Source: a virus. Taken from it: a stretch of 64,000 nucleotides of DNA. Under the pieces are notes generated by a model, which made no database searches, had not been told where the DNA came from, and saw only the letters and a list, made by a program, of their open reading frames with translations. Location: IMG/VR virus record IMGVR_UViG_3300033146_001759, positions 1 to 64,000 of that record; one strand, given 5' to 3'. Below, one piece after another: positions 63,656 to 64,000 of the stretch; the stretch's first letter is position 1; each line of letters opens with the position of its first letter. The position numbers and the translations under genes are program-made.

Positions 63656-64000
63656 AAATAATAAAAACATATAATGAATTATTTGAAAATGATTCAAATA
63701 ATAGTCGATTCTTAAATTTAAAACATTATTTAACTAATGATAACTTATACGAAGTCAAAAAAATTATTGATGGATATGATTTCAATAAAATATTCATTGG
63801 GATATTAAAACAAACTATTTTATGTTATGCTACAAAATATAGTTTTGAAATAATGAATTATTTATTAGAAAATGGTGCAGACCCAAATCTAACACACAAA
63901 GAATATATAGATTATCCCATAATCCAAGCAACAAAATCAAGAAACAGTAAAAAAGTAAAATTATTATTAAAATATAATGCTGATGTTAATGTTATTCATA
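63652..64000 (+). CDS. ankyrin-repeat protein with CTS-like start (runs off window)
   Basis: MKIIKTYNELFE...YLLENGADPN...LLLKYNADVN. Confidence 0.75.
   Translation, partial: MKIIKTYNELFENDSNNSRFLNLKHYLTNDNLYEVKKIIDGYDFNKIFIGILKQTILCYATKYSFEIMNYLLENGADPNLTHKEYIDYPIIQATKSRNSKKVKLLLKYNADVNVIH

Overview
A 64-kb segment of a very AT-rich, T4-like jumbo myophage using the standard genetic code. It contains gp15-, gp18-, gp23-, gp21/22-, gp20-, gp2-, gp4- and gp55-like genes, a split family-B DNA polymerase, a short NAD+-dependent ligase and a C5 methyltransferase. About 14 TAnnTTTG promoters and the absence of obvious Shine-Dalgarno motifs point to a Bacteroidota host. All assignments come from motif reading, not database searches. 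Main signals: (1) at least 15 unrelated, mostly late-promoter proteins (ADP-ribosyltransferase-like, ankyrin, HAD, paralog arrays) start with a T4 capsid-targeting-like peptide, six proteins end in [DEN]-F-N-I-stop, and a similar heptad is repeated 12 times in the protease-scaffold, suggesting a large packaged and injected cargo system; (2) PncA, NadD and NadE suggest a deamidating NAD+ salvage route distinct from NARP1/NARP2; (3) a compact (~250 nt) RNase P RNA missed by the ORF track, plus SmpB, ClpP and GrpE; (4) two promoter-driven, structured, unidentified ncRNA candidates; (5) a three-tier promoter code and a family of small proteins ending in R-x-x-K-[IL]-[KR]-[TS]-I-L.
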